Source: Candidatus Bathyarchaeota archaeon (GTDB lineage Archaea; Thermoproteota; Bathyarchaeia; Bathyarchaeales; Bathycorpusculaceae). From it: a stretch of 64,000 nt of DNA. Below the pieces are notes generated by a model, which saw nothing but the letters and a program-made list of their open reading frames with translations, was not told the origin of the DNA and ran no database searches. Every line of letters starts with the position of its first letter. Position 1 is the first letter of the stretch. Positions 16,159 through 26,635 of this stretch are shown here, one piece after another. The stretch is taken from assembly GCA_963832745.1 (NCBI GenBank), contig CAWHVC010000004.1, forward strand, positions 192,001 through 256,000, read 5' to 3'. Made by a program: the position numbers and the translations under genes.

Positions 16159-18756
16159 TTAGGGTTTTCTGTAGAGTAATGCGCCGACTATTGCTACAAC
16201 AACCATTACTGCTATACCCATAGCTACAATGGTCATTGTGTAGTCTGGTACCGAAATTTCCTGTTGCTGGCTTGATGGTGATGGTTGTGCTGCGCCTACC
16301 ACTACTGAAGTTGATGCGGAAGAGCTGCCGTACGAGTCGTCGCCCATAAAGGATACAATAATTTGGTAAGTTCCTTCCAAGTCTGGTGTCCAATCAATGC
16401 TGAAGGTTCCATAGTAACCGTTGGTTGTAACTTGGCCAATGTCTACTGTGTTTCCATTGGGATCAATAGCTGTGAGTATTACTTGAACGCCGTCTATTGT
16501 TTTATTATTCCAGATTCCGCCAATTGGGTACTGTAAATGCAAGTACTCCATTTGTGTCGACATTGAATCTGCAGAAACGCACGGTGTGCCTGGCTGCGCT
16601 GGTGACATGTCTAAAACAGTGCCCTTGATTACTACTCCGTTGCCTTTTGCAATTACAATATCTGGAGCGGTTACGGTGGTTTGGGTTTCGCCTTTGCCGA
16701 AAACAAATTCATAGCCGTTTCTTGAGTCAGCTGCGGCCAAGTATCCATCTGCTAAACCGCCAATTGCCATGGGGTTTGCTATTCGCCAAATTAGCTCGCC
16801 AGTTGTAGCGTTGATGCATAAAGTTCCCCAACCTCTTGTCAAGGGTTGGCTTTCAGTATGTTCAGTGTTGTATGTGTACATTTTGCCATCCACAATCTGG
16901 GCGCCAGTATTAATCGAGTATACAGTTGTTCCGTTTTTGTCTGTGTAAGGGCTTTCGTACATACTTAATGCATAGTCAACGTAATGCCAAACTATGCTAC
17001 CATCAGTCCAGTCAAAAGCGTAGACGCCGTCGTATGCTTCGCGGTATAACATGCCGTAAGCTGATTGTATAGCGTAGGCTCCGAATGCTGGCTCAGCCCA
17101 TGGGTAATCCATTGCTTCACCTTTCCACGCTAGATTGCCTGTAGCTAAATCCCACGCCATAAAGTATCCGCCCATCATCAGGACTGCCACTTTGCCATGA
17201 TCAGCTACACACACTGTCATGCTGTAGCAAGTATCTTTAACGGTTGTGTTCCAAAGTACTGCTCCAGTGTATAGATTGAAGCCTACAACGTTTGTTCCAT
17301 ACCATGCGCCGACTTCCGGGGGTGTAAGTGACGTAACTGTTGCGCCATAACCTGTTTGCCAATCTATTAATGAAGGCAAACTAGCACTCGCATATGAGGT
17401 GTTGCTTATTATTCTTGAAGTAAAGTTAGTTGATGAACCTTTTGTAGTCCAGTTAATCAGCCGATAGTTAGGGTTAGCTGCGTTGCCAGCATTTTGGACA
17501 CTTAAAACGTAGCCGTCCATCTGATTGTATAGTGTTCCACTGGTTAAAGGTGCAATTGAAGTATTGAGTGTCAAAGCGCCCGTGGCTGGATTCCATTTGT
17601 ATAGACGACCGTTGCTTATTGTTAGCAACTCTATTGAGTAAGTTCCTACGGCTGCTGCTCCAGGTACTTCTAAGTTGCCACTTTGCGTGTAAACTATTGT
17701 GTTTGGCACTAAAGCAGTTGTGAACATCATTCCAAACATTGAAGCTGTCGTTGTTGCTGCAGGCTGTTCAAAGTAGACTTCTCCAGTGCGTAGATCACTA
17801 CATCGCCAATATGTTGCCCCGTTTTCTCCAGGTTTAGTATAACTGTCATAAACTTTTCCTGCATAAATCAAGTTAATGCTGCCGGGGCTGCTGGTTGTGG
17901 CTAAATTACCTGCTGGTCCACCGATTAAGCCTGCTATTGTATCTGAACGCTTCCAGACTATGTGCCCAGTTTCTGGTCCTTGAACCCATGGATGAAAATT
18001 GTATTGTGCACTCCACATTGGATTGGTGTCTGGGTAAAGCATGTCCCACATTGGACCGCCACCTTGATAGCCTGTGCCTGGATAGTTGCCAAGTATTGGC
18101 CACCATTCTCTATTTTCTAGTGCTACGGGTCTTGTCCAATAGTCTGTTGGTAATGGTGATTCAGGCCATGGCCAAACTGGGTCTTCTTGTACTGTTAGGG
18201 TTTGTTCTGCAGTTGAGCTTGGTTCGTAGTAGCAATCTCCGTTGAAGCTTACATAGCCTGAACCGAAAACTGCTCCTGGGTCTGCTGTGTAGTTTCCTGC
18301 CGGGAAGTATCCGCCTGGGAATTCAAATTTAAGTTTCCATTCACCGAGTTGGTCTGGTGCAAATTCAAACCAAGCGGTAGTGTCAGCTTCATAAGAATCC
18401 ATCACTCTTACGTCTGTGTGTCCTTGGGGGTCTGTGATTGTCACTTTGTAATCTGACATGTATCGGCTAACATGTGTTGCTGGGTTAAGCCAAACGTTGA
18501 CTAGGACTGTTTGGCCTTTGCCGACTGGGTTTGGTCTAAAGCTTAGAAACGCGTGAGTTTCAATGGTTACGTCTGGAGTTATGCCTGATGCTAAGGGTCC
18601 TGGTATTGAACCGCCTTCTTGCAAGTTTGTTGGTGTAACGCCGGGTGGTAAAAAGGTTGATTGTGCTTGTGCTGGCGTTAACATTGCTATGGAGGAAATG
18701 ATGAGAATTGCGGTGATAATCATTGAAAAGGTTGCTTTTTTGATAATTTTCTGCAT
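16159..18756 (-). CDS. Secreted PQQ-like beta-propeller surface protein with C-terminal TM anchor
   Basis: Signal peptide, repeated (D/N)xxTGxxxW motifs, Ig-like ends, Ser/Gln linker and C-terminal TM ending LYRKP. Confidence 0.8.
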   Translation of the reverse strand: MQKIIKKATFSMIITAILIISSIAMLTPAQAQSTFLPPGVTPTNLQEGGSIPGPLASGITPDVTIETHAFLSFRPNPVGKGQTVLVNVWLNPATHVSRYMSDYKVTITDPQGHTDVRVMDSYEADTTAWFEFAPDQLGEWKLKFEFPGGYFPAGNYTADPGAVFGSGYVSFNGDCYYEPSSTAEQTLTVQEDPVWPWPESPLPTDYWTRPVALENREWWPILGNYPGTGYQGGGPMWDMLYPDTNPMWSAQYNFHPWVQGPETGHIVWKRSDTIAGLIGGPAGNLATTSSPGSINLIYAGKVYDSYTKPGENGATYWRCSDLRTGEVYFEQPAATTTASMFGMMFTTALVPNTIVYTQSGNLEVPGAAAVGTYSIELLTISNGRLYKWNPATGALTLNTSIAPLTSGTLYNQMDGYVLSVQNAGNAANPNYRLINWTTKGSSTNFTSRIISNTSYASASLPSLIDWQTGYGATVTSLTPPEVGAWYGTNVVGFNLYTGAVLWNTTVKDTCYSMTVCVADHGKVAVLMMGGYFMAWDLATGNLAWKGEAMDYPWAEPAFGAYAIQSAYGMLYREAYDGVYAFDWTDGSIVWHYVDYALSMYESPYTDKNGTTVYSINTGAQIVDGKMYTYNTEHTESQPLTRGWGTLCINATTGELIWRIANPMAIGGLADGYLAAADSRNGYEFVFGKGETQTTVTAPDIVIAKGNGVVIKGTVLDMSPAQPGTPCVSADSMSTQMEYLHLQYPIGGIWNNKTIDGVQVILTAIDPNGNTVDIGQVTTNGYYGTFSIDWTPDLEGTYQIIVSFMGDDSYGSSSASTSVVVGAAQPSPSSQQQEISVPDYTMTIVAMGIAVMVVVAIVGALLYRKP

Positions 18757-19084
18757 TATTTGTTTTTCTCTCCTAAAAATATTTTATAAAAATCTATATG
18801 TTGCTTTCTCCTTTTAAGCTTTAGCGATAGCTTTAAATGCGATTTGCGCCAATTTCATGGGCATGTTTTGTATTTTAAGCGATGCAAATACTTTAAAACG
18901 TATTTGCTCGATGTTAACCGGGTCTTGTTTTTGAAACTTAGCATATGCCTACAATTTCAATTGTTGATGTAAACTGTTCGAGACAACCCTTAGGATGAAA
19001 ATTTTTCACCAGTCCATATCGTATCAATAGTTTTATAAGATTGGTTCATGCGTAAAAACTGCTTATGACTAGGGAGATTTCACC

Positions 19085-19759
19085 GTGAAAAGTATCAAAA
19101 ACATCCTCGTAGTTGGAGAAAAAAACATCTTCGGCGAAATTGCCCAAATCATAACTGTTGCCCAGGAAACAAACGAGATACTATATGAAATGCTCGGTGA
19201 ATGTAAAAATGAGCAAACCCTTGACCAAGACATGCAAGCAATACGTGTCCTCGAGAAAAAATCTGACGACATCGCCTTCAAAGTTAACGAGGATATAACA
19301 ACCGGCGCGGTTAGCCCAAGCATTATTGATAACCTTTTAAAATGCGTAGGCGTTGCCGACGATATTGTTGACAACTACTATTACCAGAGTCGCCAGCTTA
19401 GCCGTATGTGCAAAGCCAAATTTCCCTATTCCGATGCGCCTCAAGAAGCTGAATGGATTAAACTTTTCAAAACAATGCTGGATTTAGCAGGTCAAGCTTT
19501 AGTTAAAGTTAAGATGACCCTGTCCTTGTCTGACTTGTCTGAAATTTTGAAGCTTAGAAAGGAAATAGAAGAATTAGAGCAGCAGGGTGACGACATAAAA
19601 GACAAGGGCTTTGACTGGCTCTACCATGAAGCCCCCCGAATGCATTACCTGCAATTCTACCATTACAGTGAATTGCTGCATAAATTTGACGATATCCTTG
19701 ACGGTTGCGAAGACCTTTCAGACCTGATTTTATCAGTTATAACATCAATCCTAAAGTGA
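19085..19759 (+). CDS. DUF47/PhoU-like phosphate transport regulator
   Basis: LEKKSDD, LEQQGDDI and DGCEDL repeats; upstream of a PiT gene. Confidence 0.85.
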   Translation: MKSIKNILVVGEKNIFGEIAQIITVAQETNEILYEMLGECKNEQTLDQDMQAIRVLEKKSDDIAFKVNEDITTGAVSPSIIDNLLKCVGVADDIVDNYYYQSRQLSRMCKAKFPYSDAPQEAEWIKLFKTMLDLAGQALVKVKMTLSLSDLSEILKLRKEIEELEQQGDDIKDKGFDWLYHEAPRMHYLQFYHYSELLHKFDDILDGCEDLSDLILSVITSILK

Positions 19760-19766
19760 GATTGTC

Positions 19767-20669
19767 TTGATTCTTGAAGTCTTGCTTGTAGTTTTGGTTT
19801 TTCTTGCCGTTGCATTAGTTGCAGGAAATAATCTTTCTGCTTGTGTGGGACCTGCAGTTGGTGCACGGATAATTTCTAAACGTACAGGCGCATTGTTGGG
19901 ACTTACAGGTTTTTCGGCTGGTTTAATAGTGCAGGGTTCAGGCATGTCTCATTCAGTGGCTACTTTGTTGCCTAACTCGACAATTGAGCTTCAAGTCATC
20001 GCGTTGCTAGTTGCTACTGCTATTTTTGGGGTTGCAAATTATGCGAGGGTTCCATTATCCTTAAGCATGTCGCTTGTAGGGTTGCTTGCGGGCTTATCAT
20101 TTTCCCAAGGAATTACAACTAGTTTAACCTACCTTTCTGGGGTTGCTTCAATGTGGTTTATTGCTCCCGCGGTGGCAGCGCTCATCTCGTTTTACATGAT
20201 ACGAATCATAAATAAACGAAAAGTGATTGATATTTGGCGTAGAATACGTTTTTACAAGGCATTGCTAATCGTGCTCTCATTTACGACAGCGTTCGGTTTG
20301 GGCGCTAACACGTTGGGTTTGATTGTGGCAACAGCAGGCTTTAACCTAATAACTGTGGCTGTTGCTGTGGGCGGAATTTTTGTTGGCACATTTTATCTTG
20401 CTGAAGGTTCAATCCGTAGAATGTCACAAGAGTTTTACTTAATGCGGTATTCTAACGCTGTTGTTGTTCTTGCAACCTCAACAATTTTGGTGGAATTGGC
20501 GGCTTTTCTGAATATTCCGTTATCTAACACGCAGACAACTGCTGCAGCGGTTTTCGGAACCGGCGTTTCCTACAAAGCGAAGTTTATGTCGTTAAAACCA
20601 TTTCTGGTTATCATTGCAGGTTGGGTTTTAGCGCCATTGCTCAGTTTCTTGATAGGCTGGATAATTTAA
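19767..20669 (+). CDS. PiT-family inorganic phosphate transporter
   Basis: AGNNLSACVG and GANTLG signatures, PLSLS/PLSNTQ; hydrophobic. Confidence 0.85.
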   Translation: MILEVLLVVLVFLAVALVAGNNLSACVGPAVGARIISKRTGALLGLTGFSAGLIVQGSGMSHSVATLLPNSTIELQVIALLVATAIFGVANYARVPLSLSMSLVGLLAGLSFSQGITTSLTYLSGVASMWFIAPAVAALISFYMIRIINKRKVIDIWRRIRFYKALLIVLSFTTAFGLGANTLGLIVATAGFNLITVAVAVGGIFVGTFYLAEGSIRRMSQEFYLMRYSNAVVVLATSTILVELAAFLNIPLSNTQTTAAAVFGTGVSYKAKFMSLKPFLVIIAGWVLAPLLSFLIGWII

Positions 20670-20825
20670 GTAGCGTTAAATTTTAAGTTGTTTTAGGCAA
20701 TTGTTATGTTGCTTTTTCTGGTTGCTGCTCTTTTTGAAACTGATATTTTCATGTTTATCACTGCCGATAAGCCGAGAAATAAGCCAGTTTTTATGGTGAG
20801 AAGACAAAGCCGTCAGCATTGACGC

Positions 20826-21113
20826 TTATTTTTTGAGCATTTTTAGAAAGTCGTCAATTGGTTTTGCAGGCATGCTCATTATATGAACGGTTCCTCTTGA
20901 GCCTAACTCGATTGAGACGCGTGTGATTGTGTCATTGTCTGGAGCTTCGACTATGCTGACAAAATCGTATCTGCCGATTGTTGCATATTGTTCGAGGACT
21001 TTGGCGCCGAGTTTTTCAACTTCTTTATTAACTTCTTTGATGCGGTCAGGGCGTTCTTTGATTGTTTTTCTGCCTTCAGAAGTGAGGGTGGACATCATAA
21101 TGTAGATTGCCAT
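20826..21113 (-). CDS. GYD-domain protein
   Basis: YATIGRYDFVSIVEAPD motif. Confidence 0.85.
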   Translation of the reverse strand: MAIYIMMSTLTSEGRKTIKERPDRIKEVNKEVEKLGAKVLEQYATIGRYDFVSIVEAPDNDTITRVSIELGSRGTVHIMSMPAKPIDDFLKMLKK

Positions 21114-21295
21114 TAAAAATTCCTCAATTAAAATGAGGTTTCATAATGATTTAAGGTTTTTTACAATGGGTATTGTTGCTGTTTAGTGCCTGTTTGGTTT
21201 ATACTGTGTTGATTGGTGCGAATAATTTTTATTATTTATTGTTTGATATAATCTTAATTAGGTTAAGTGAGAAGTACTATATTGAGGAAGATTTT

Positions 21296-22132
21296 ATGGG
21301 GATAATTAAAAACTCTAAAAAAGAGTTTCCGAGCGTCCTCGACAGTGCATATGAACAGTATAAACGAGATTTAGAACGTTACAAGCTTGTAGAAGAAATA
21401 ATGACTCCTAAAGTAATCACTATCGCGCCTGAAGAGTCAATGGATAAAGCCGCAAGAATCATGGGAGCCAAACATATCGGCAGCTTAATTGTCAAAAAAT
21501 ATGATACCCCAGTTGGTATAGTAACAGAGCGAGACCTGCTAACCAAAGTTTTTGCTCAAAATAAGGAGCCAACACAAGAGAAAGTAGAAAACCACATGTC
21601 TTACCCGCTTGCAACTATTTGTTACACTGCCAAAATTAAAGAAGCTGCACAGGTTATGATTCAGAAAAAGTGTCGCTTGGGCGTTTTTGATTGTGGAAAA
21701 ATGATGGGAATTGTTACTGCTTCTGATTTGATTCGAAGCTTGCCTGATATTCCAGAAACTGAAGCGTTGGTTGACAACTTTATGACTACGGACGTAATCA
21801 CCGCTGACGAGTCGACACCTATACGTGTTATCGCTATGACTATGGGCGAAAAACGTGTAGGAAGCGTTCTTGTCACAAAAAAAGAAAAGATTTCAGGAAT
21901 TTTTACCGAACGCGATTTGCTTAACACTTTTATCAATGAAGTTGACGGTTTAGAATCAAACGTTGGGAAACACTCGACAGCAGAGTTAATCACGATACCT
22001 TCGGGGACAAGTGTTCATAATGCAGCAACAACCATGACGATGAAACAGATACGTCGTTTGCCTATTATGAAAGATGACAAGTTTGTGGGAATAATCACTG
22101 CGCGTGATCTAGTAGAAGCATACGCAAAATAA
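21296..22132 (+). CDS. Tandem CBS-domain protein (4 CBS)
   Basis: GIVTERDL, GIVTASDL, GIFTERDL, GIITARDL; ATG 21296 after GAGG. Confidence 0.88.
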   Translation: MGIIKNSKKEFPSVLDSAYEQYKRDLERYKLVEEIMTPKVITIAPEESMDKAARIMGAKHIGSLIVKKYDTPVGIVTERDLLTKVFAQNKEPTQEKVENHMSYPLATICYTAKIKEAAQVMIQKKCRLGVFDCGKMMGIVTASDLIRSLPDIPETEALVDNFMTTDVITADESTPIRVIAMTMGEKRVGSVLVTKKEKISGIFTERDLLNTFINEVDGLESNVGKHSTAELITIPSGTSVHNAATTMTMKQIRRLPIMKDDKFVGIITARDLVEAYAK

Positions 22133-22152
22133 ACCCATGTAGTAACTCATTT

Positions 22153-22959
22153 TTATTTTCGTTTGTTTTTTTGGGTAAATAGTATTAGGCATCCAAAAAT
22201 GAATACTGCGAAGCTGATTATGTAAAGAATCCAAAGAGTTGTGCTACCTAATGTTTCGAGTTCTCTTTGCCACTGCCAAAAATAAGGTCCCTCTGGAAAG
22301 TCAGGGCTGACTGGAACGTCTGGCCAAGCTCCAATTAACAAATAAGTAAATCCGCTTAGTGTTAGAATTAGGCCGATAGCGGTTTTTTTGTTTGATTTAA
22401 TTGGCTCTTTTATGATTGTGATGTATTCTTGGATGTCATTTTTTACGTTTTTCATGCTTGTTGCCGAGTAGCCTTTTGTTAAACCAAACGCTACAAGTAA
22501 CGTTATTCCTGTTGTTATTAAGATGAGGCTGGTTACGAAAAATTCGATGTATAATGCTCTAATCAGCCATGTTGAGGTTAGGTATTTTTGTACATCATTT
22601 GCAAAGGCGAAGGGGTAGGCGGAGTTTGCTGTTAATAATGTGATTAAGCTTAGGCCTATAATTGTTGTCGTTGTCCCGTAAAATAAAAAATGATTTTTAA
22701 TGTGTCTGAATAGGCTTTTTGCTGAAATAGCAAATCCTGTGAATATGATGATTACGCCTGAATCATAAAGGGCTGAGACGTAGCCATTAAGCGTCCATCT
22801 GTTAATGTTCAATATTATGTCTTTTTGCCATCTGAACCAAAACCAATCCGGCTCCAGACTCAAAAATCTTCCAGCTATAACTAGTGCTATGCCACCGACT
22901 ATTAAGAAAATGCTCAAAACTTGCCTCTTAGTTAGGGGTCCTATCTGGTCTTGTTCCAT
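22153..22959 (-). CDS. Hypothetical multi-pass membrane protein with internal repeats
   Basis: Three TM-hairpin units; PDWFWFRWQKD and PYFWQWQRE are similar. Confidence 0.65.
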   Translation of the reverse strand: MEQDQIGPLTKRQVLSIFLIVGGIALVIAGRFLSLEPDWFWFRWQKDIILNINRWTLNGYVSALYDSGVIIIFTGFAISAKSLFRHIKNHFLFYGTTTTIIGLSLITLLTANSAYPFAFANDVQKYLTSTWLIRALYIEFFVTSLILITTGITLLVAFGLTKGYSATSMKNVKNDIQEYITIIKEPIKSNKKTAIGLILTLSGFTYLLIGAWPDVPVSPDFPEGPYFWQWQRELETLGSTTLWILYIISFAVFIFGCLILFTQKNKRK

Positions 22960-23172
22960 TATCTGTTAGTCACCAGCCGGGTTGGTGCTATAATTTAGCC
23001 AAGTTAATATGTATTTGGAGTTATATTGATTTTGGTTTAGCTAGAATTTGCTTTTTTAGATGATTTTGTTCTGCGTTAGGAAAAGTTTTTGAATCCTTAA
23101 TTTCAAGAGATTCTTTATTTTTTGTCCAAACACCTAAATCTTTGTTTTGAACCTTATTTTTTGGTGAAAAAT

Positions 23173-23376
23173 ATGGGCCGATGTACCAAGACTGTTGGCG
23201 AACGTAGGCTTGGCAGAACCATCTACAAGCTTGGAAACAGCGTTGAATTCAGCAGCAAAGAATGTAACGTCAAAATGTCTGAAACAAAGACCAAAAAGCA
23301 GATTCAAGAAGAGCAAGGCTACACGGATGATTCGCCAGTTCAGAACCTGCGTGATCCTAAAAGCTACAAAAAGTAG
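23173..23376 (+). CDS. Small hypothetical protein (67 aa)
   Basis: GGTGA SD before ATG 23173; MGRCTKTVGERRLGRTIYKLGNSVEFSSKEC...; T-rich run downstream. Confidence 0.45.
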   Translation: MGRCTKTVGERRLGRTIYKLGNSVEFSSKECNVKMSETKTKKQIQEEQGYTDDSPVQNLRDPKSYKK

Positions 23377-23508
23377 TCATAGCTTTTTTGTTGTTGCTCA
23401 GGGGCATTTTCTTTTTGTCTTGAATTAACTTTATGTAGTTTGTTTTGCTTTGAGTTGTAACTAAGCACGCACAGTTTACATAAGCCTAAACTGTCTGGGT
23501 GAAACTTT

Positions 23509-24075
23509 ATGACTGAGACACCAGCAACTCAAGCTTCTAATGGGGAACAGCCGATAAAAGCTTCTGAACTGGACCCCAAGTTTAAGTATGAACTTGTAAA
23601 GATGCATGGAAGCGAAAATATCCTCAAATGCTTCCAATGTGGAACCTGCACCAGCGATTGCCCCGTTGCACGTTTCAGTGACAGTTACCGACCGCGTACT
23701 TTGATTCATATGGCAACTCTTGGCTTAAGAGACCGCGTGCTAAAAAGCGACACACTCTGGTTATGCGCAGCTTGCTTCACGTGTACCGACCGTTGCCCAC
23801 AGGACGTTGAAGTGGCAAGCGTAATTCGTGTATTCCGCAACTTAGCCGTTGAAAACGGTTGCATACCCCAAGTTTTCAAAGACCAATTTGGGTCAGTTCT
23901 CGAGTCAGGTTACGCTTACAAAATCCCTGAATTACGCATTAAAAAGCGTGACTCCCAGGGGCTTCCACCGTTGCCTAAAGGTGACGCAGACAAAGTCCAA
24001 AAAGTCCTAAAAGGCTTAAAAATAATTGACAAAATCCAAAAACCTCAAGGAGAAAACGCAAATGCAAAACAATAA
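23509..24075 (+). CDS. hdrC: Heterodisulfide reductase subunit C-like
   Basis: CFQCGTCTSDCP and WLCAACFTCTDRCPQ; adjacent to hdrB. Confidence 0.9.
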   Translation: MTETPATQASNGEQPIKASELDPKFKYELVKMHGSENILKCFQCGTCTSDCPVARFSDSYRPRTLIHMATLGLRDRVLKSDTLWLCAACFTCTDRCPQDVEVASVIRVFRNLAVENGCIPQVFKDQFGSVLESGYAYKIPELRIKKRDSQGLPPLPKGDADKVQKVLKGLKIIDKIQKPQGENANAKQ

Positions 24076-24958
24076 GTACCTGATTTTTTTGGGCTGCGCT
24101 ATTCCTTACCGTGTTTCCAGTTACGAAATTTCTTCACGCAAAGTGTTAGCTAAACTTGGGGTTGAACTGGTTGAAATGCCTGAATTCAACTGTTGCGGTT
24201 TACCACTTGACCCCGTCAGCCATGAAGCAATGCTTGTGTTAGCTGCAAAAAATTTGGCGCTTGCAGAAAAGGAAGGCTTAAACATCCTAACGTTATGCCC
24301 AGGCTGTGCAGGGACACTTAAGAAAGTTAACAAAATCCTAAAAGAAGACCCCTCGTTAAAGCAGAAAATTAACGAGCACCTTAAAGAAGCAGGTTTAGAA
24401 TTTAAAGGAACAGTCGAAACCAAACATCTGCTTCAGTTTCTAAAAGAAGACGTTGGCTTAGAAAAAATCAAAGCAGCCGTCACAAAACCGTTAACAGGCC
24501 TAAAAGTTGCCGAACATAACGGTTGCCATATTCTGCGGCCTAAACAGTACATTGGGTTTGATGATCCTGAAGACCCGCAAACTCTTAAAATGCTGGTTGA
24601 AGCAACTGGCGCCACCTGCCTTGACTATGTTGACGAGACTGAATGTTGTGGTGCACCCAGCGTTGGGGTTAGCGATAAGGTTGCGTTGTCGCTTGCAAGA
24701 GATAAACTTAGCCACGTAAAAGATGTTCAAGCTCAAGCCTTGATAACTATCTGTCCATTCTGCCACATAATGTATGACACTAACGAGTTACGCATAGAGA
24801 AGATGTTCAACGAAGCATACGGCATTCCTATTCTGCATTACCCACAACTACTCGGCTTAGCCATGGGCATGAATCCTGACGAGTTAGCATTCAAAGACCT
24901 CCGAGTCGACGCTTCAAACATTCTAAAACAGGTTGCTGCAATTCCCGACAAAGTGTAA
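24062..24958 (+). CDS. hdrB: Heterodisulfide reductase subunit B-like
   Basis: Two CCG domains: FLGC..NCCG..CPGC and HNGCH..ECCG..CPFC; HYPQLLGLAMG. Confidence 0.9.
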   Translation: MQNNKYLIFLGCAIPYRVSSYEISSRKVLAKLGVELVEMPEFNCCGLPLDPVSHEAMLVLAAKNLALAEKEGLNILTLCPGCAGTLKKVNKILKEDPSLKQKINEHLKEAGLEFKGTVETKHLLQFLKEDVGLEKIKAAVTKPLTGLKVAEHNGCHILRPKQYIGFDDPEDPQTLKMLVEATGATCLDYVDETECCGAPSVGVSDKVALSLARDKLSHVKDVQAQALITICPFCHIMYDTNELRIEKMFNEAYGIPILHYPQLLGLAMGMNPDELAFKDLRVDASNILKQVAAIPDKV

Positions 24959-25054
24959 TCTTTTTTCTTTCATGTGACTTTTTTGGCGATTACTTTATTT
25001 TGCGATGATAAGTAATTAGACTTGACAGCTTACGTTATAATTTGGGGTTTAAAA

Positions 25055-26536
25055 TTGGCTCAAAAAAGCGTGTTAATTATCGGTGCAGGCATCGGCGGCT
25101 TATCCGCAGGTTGCTATGCCCAAATGAACGGTTTTCAAACACAAATTTTTGAAATGTATACTCTCCCCGGCGGCCAATGTACTGCTTGGAAACGTGGCAG
25201 CTACATTTTCGACGGCTGCATCCACCACCTTGCAGGCTGCAAACCCGGAAAACTCCTCTATGAGATGTGGGAAGAACTAGGCGCCCTGCCGCAAAGACCA
25301 TTAATTTACCCCGCAGACCTATGCCAAGTTGAAGATGAATCGGGCAAACGGTTTACCGTTTACGTTAACCTTGACCAGCTACAGCAGCACATGCTTGAAC
25401 TTGCACCCCAAGACAAGTCCGCCATTGAAGGCTACATTAACGCAGCTAAAAGCTTCATGGACTTGGACTTCTTGGAAACTGCGTTGCTTGAAGGTGCCGC
25501 TTTCACTCGGCGGTTCCTCAAAATGGGTACAGTTCTAACTAAGTACGGTGCAAACATGACCAAGTACGCCGAAAAGTTTACTGACCCTTTTCTACGCAAG
25601 GTTTTTCCAACCATTCAGTATGACTGGACAGACATCCCCCTGTTCATTCACCTTAACATGATTGGCAACTGCGCCAGCAACAACTACGCTGTTCCAGCAG
25701 GCGGCTCACTCGAGTTTGCCAAAGCAATAGAGCAAAGATTCCTCAAACTCGGCGGCATTATCAATTACGGCAAAAAAGTCGACAAGATCCTTGTTGAAAA
25801 CGATAAAGCCGTTGGCGTCCGCCTAAAAGACGGCACAGAGCACCGTGCAGACATTGTGGTTTCTGACGCGTTTGGCTACACAACCATCTTCAGCTTGCTT
25901 GACGGCAAATATGTAGATGACAAAATAAAGAAGCAGTACGCTAAGCATCAAGAAAACATGGTTATGGGTATTCACGTTTCATTTGGAGTGAATCGTGACC
26001 TTTCAAAAGAGCCCCGTGCGTTGGTGTTGTTTCTTGAAAACCCTGTAACTATCGCCGATCGGGAACACGCTAAGCTAGATTTGGAACTATTTGGTTACGA
26101 CCCAAGCCTTGCACCAAACGGGAAATCAGTCATTAAAGCCCTCATAAACACAAACTACAGTTACTGGAAACAACTTTACAGTGACCCTGCAAAGTACAGG
26201 GCTGAAAAACAAAAAGTCGCTGACACTGTCCTGAAACTCCTGGAAAAACGGTTCCTCGGCATCCAAGGGCAAGTAGAAGTAGTCGACGTTGCCACGCCAA
26301 TTACTACTGAACGTTTTGTCGGTGTCGGTCAAGGGTTCGAATCCAACTGGGGTTTCTCTGACGCGGTAAGCATGATGCGTGGTCAACCCAAAACCCTGCC
26401 TAAACTGCAAAACTTCTACATGGTTGGTTTCTCTGTTGGAGGCGGAGGCATTCCCGGTTGTGCCGCTATGGGACGCAACCTAGTCAAAAAACTCTGCAAG
26501 CAAGAACACGTTAGCTTTAATGCTTCAAAACCTTAA
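25055..26536 (+). CDS. Phytoene desaturase-like FAD-dependent oxidoreductase
   Basis: IIGAGIGGL, PGGQCTAWKRGSYIFDG, DVATPIT, GGGGIP. Confidence 0.8.
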   Translation: MAQKSVLIIGAGIGGLSAGCYAQMNGFQTQIFEMYTLPGGQCTAWKRGSYIFDGCIHHLAGCKPGKLLYEMWEELGALPQRPLIYPADLCQVEDESGKRFTVYVNLDQLQQHMLELAPQDKSAIEGYINAAKSFMDLDFLETALLEGAAFTRRFLKMGTVLTKYGANMTKYAEKFTDPFLRKVFPTIQYDWTDIPLFIHLNMIGNCASNNYAVPAGGSLEFAKAIEQRFLKLGGIINYGKKVDKILVENDKAVGVRLKDGTEHRADIVVSDAFGYTTIFSLLDGKYVDDKIKKQYAKHQENMVMGIHVSFGVNRDLSKEPRALVLFLENPVTIADREHAKLDLELFGYDPSLAPNGKSVIKALINTNYSYWKQLYSDPAKYRAEKQKVADTVLKLLEKRFLGIQGQVEVVDVATPITTERFVGVGQGFESNWGFSDAVSMMRGQPKTLPKLQNFYMVGFSVGGGGIPGCAAMGRNLVKKLCKQEHVSFNASKP

Positions 26537-26635
26537 CGCGTTTTTCTTTTTGCTTGTTCTTGGTAAAAATTGTCAAAAAATTCTTGTTAAAAACCGTTTT
26601 AGCCTGCATCACTCAATAGCGTTGTTGGTGAAAAT

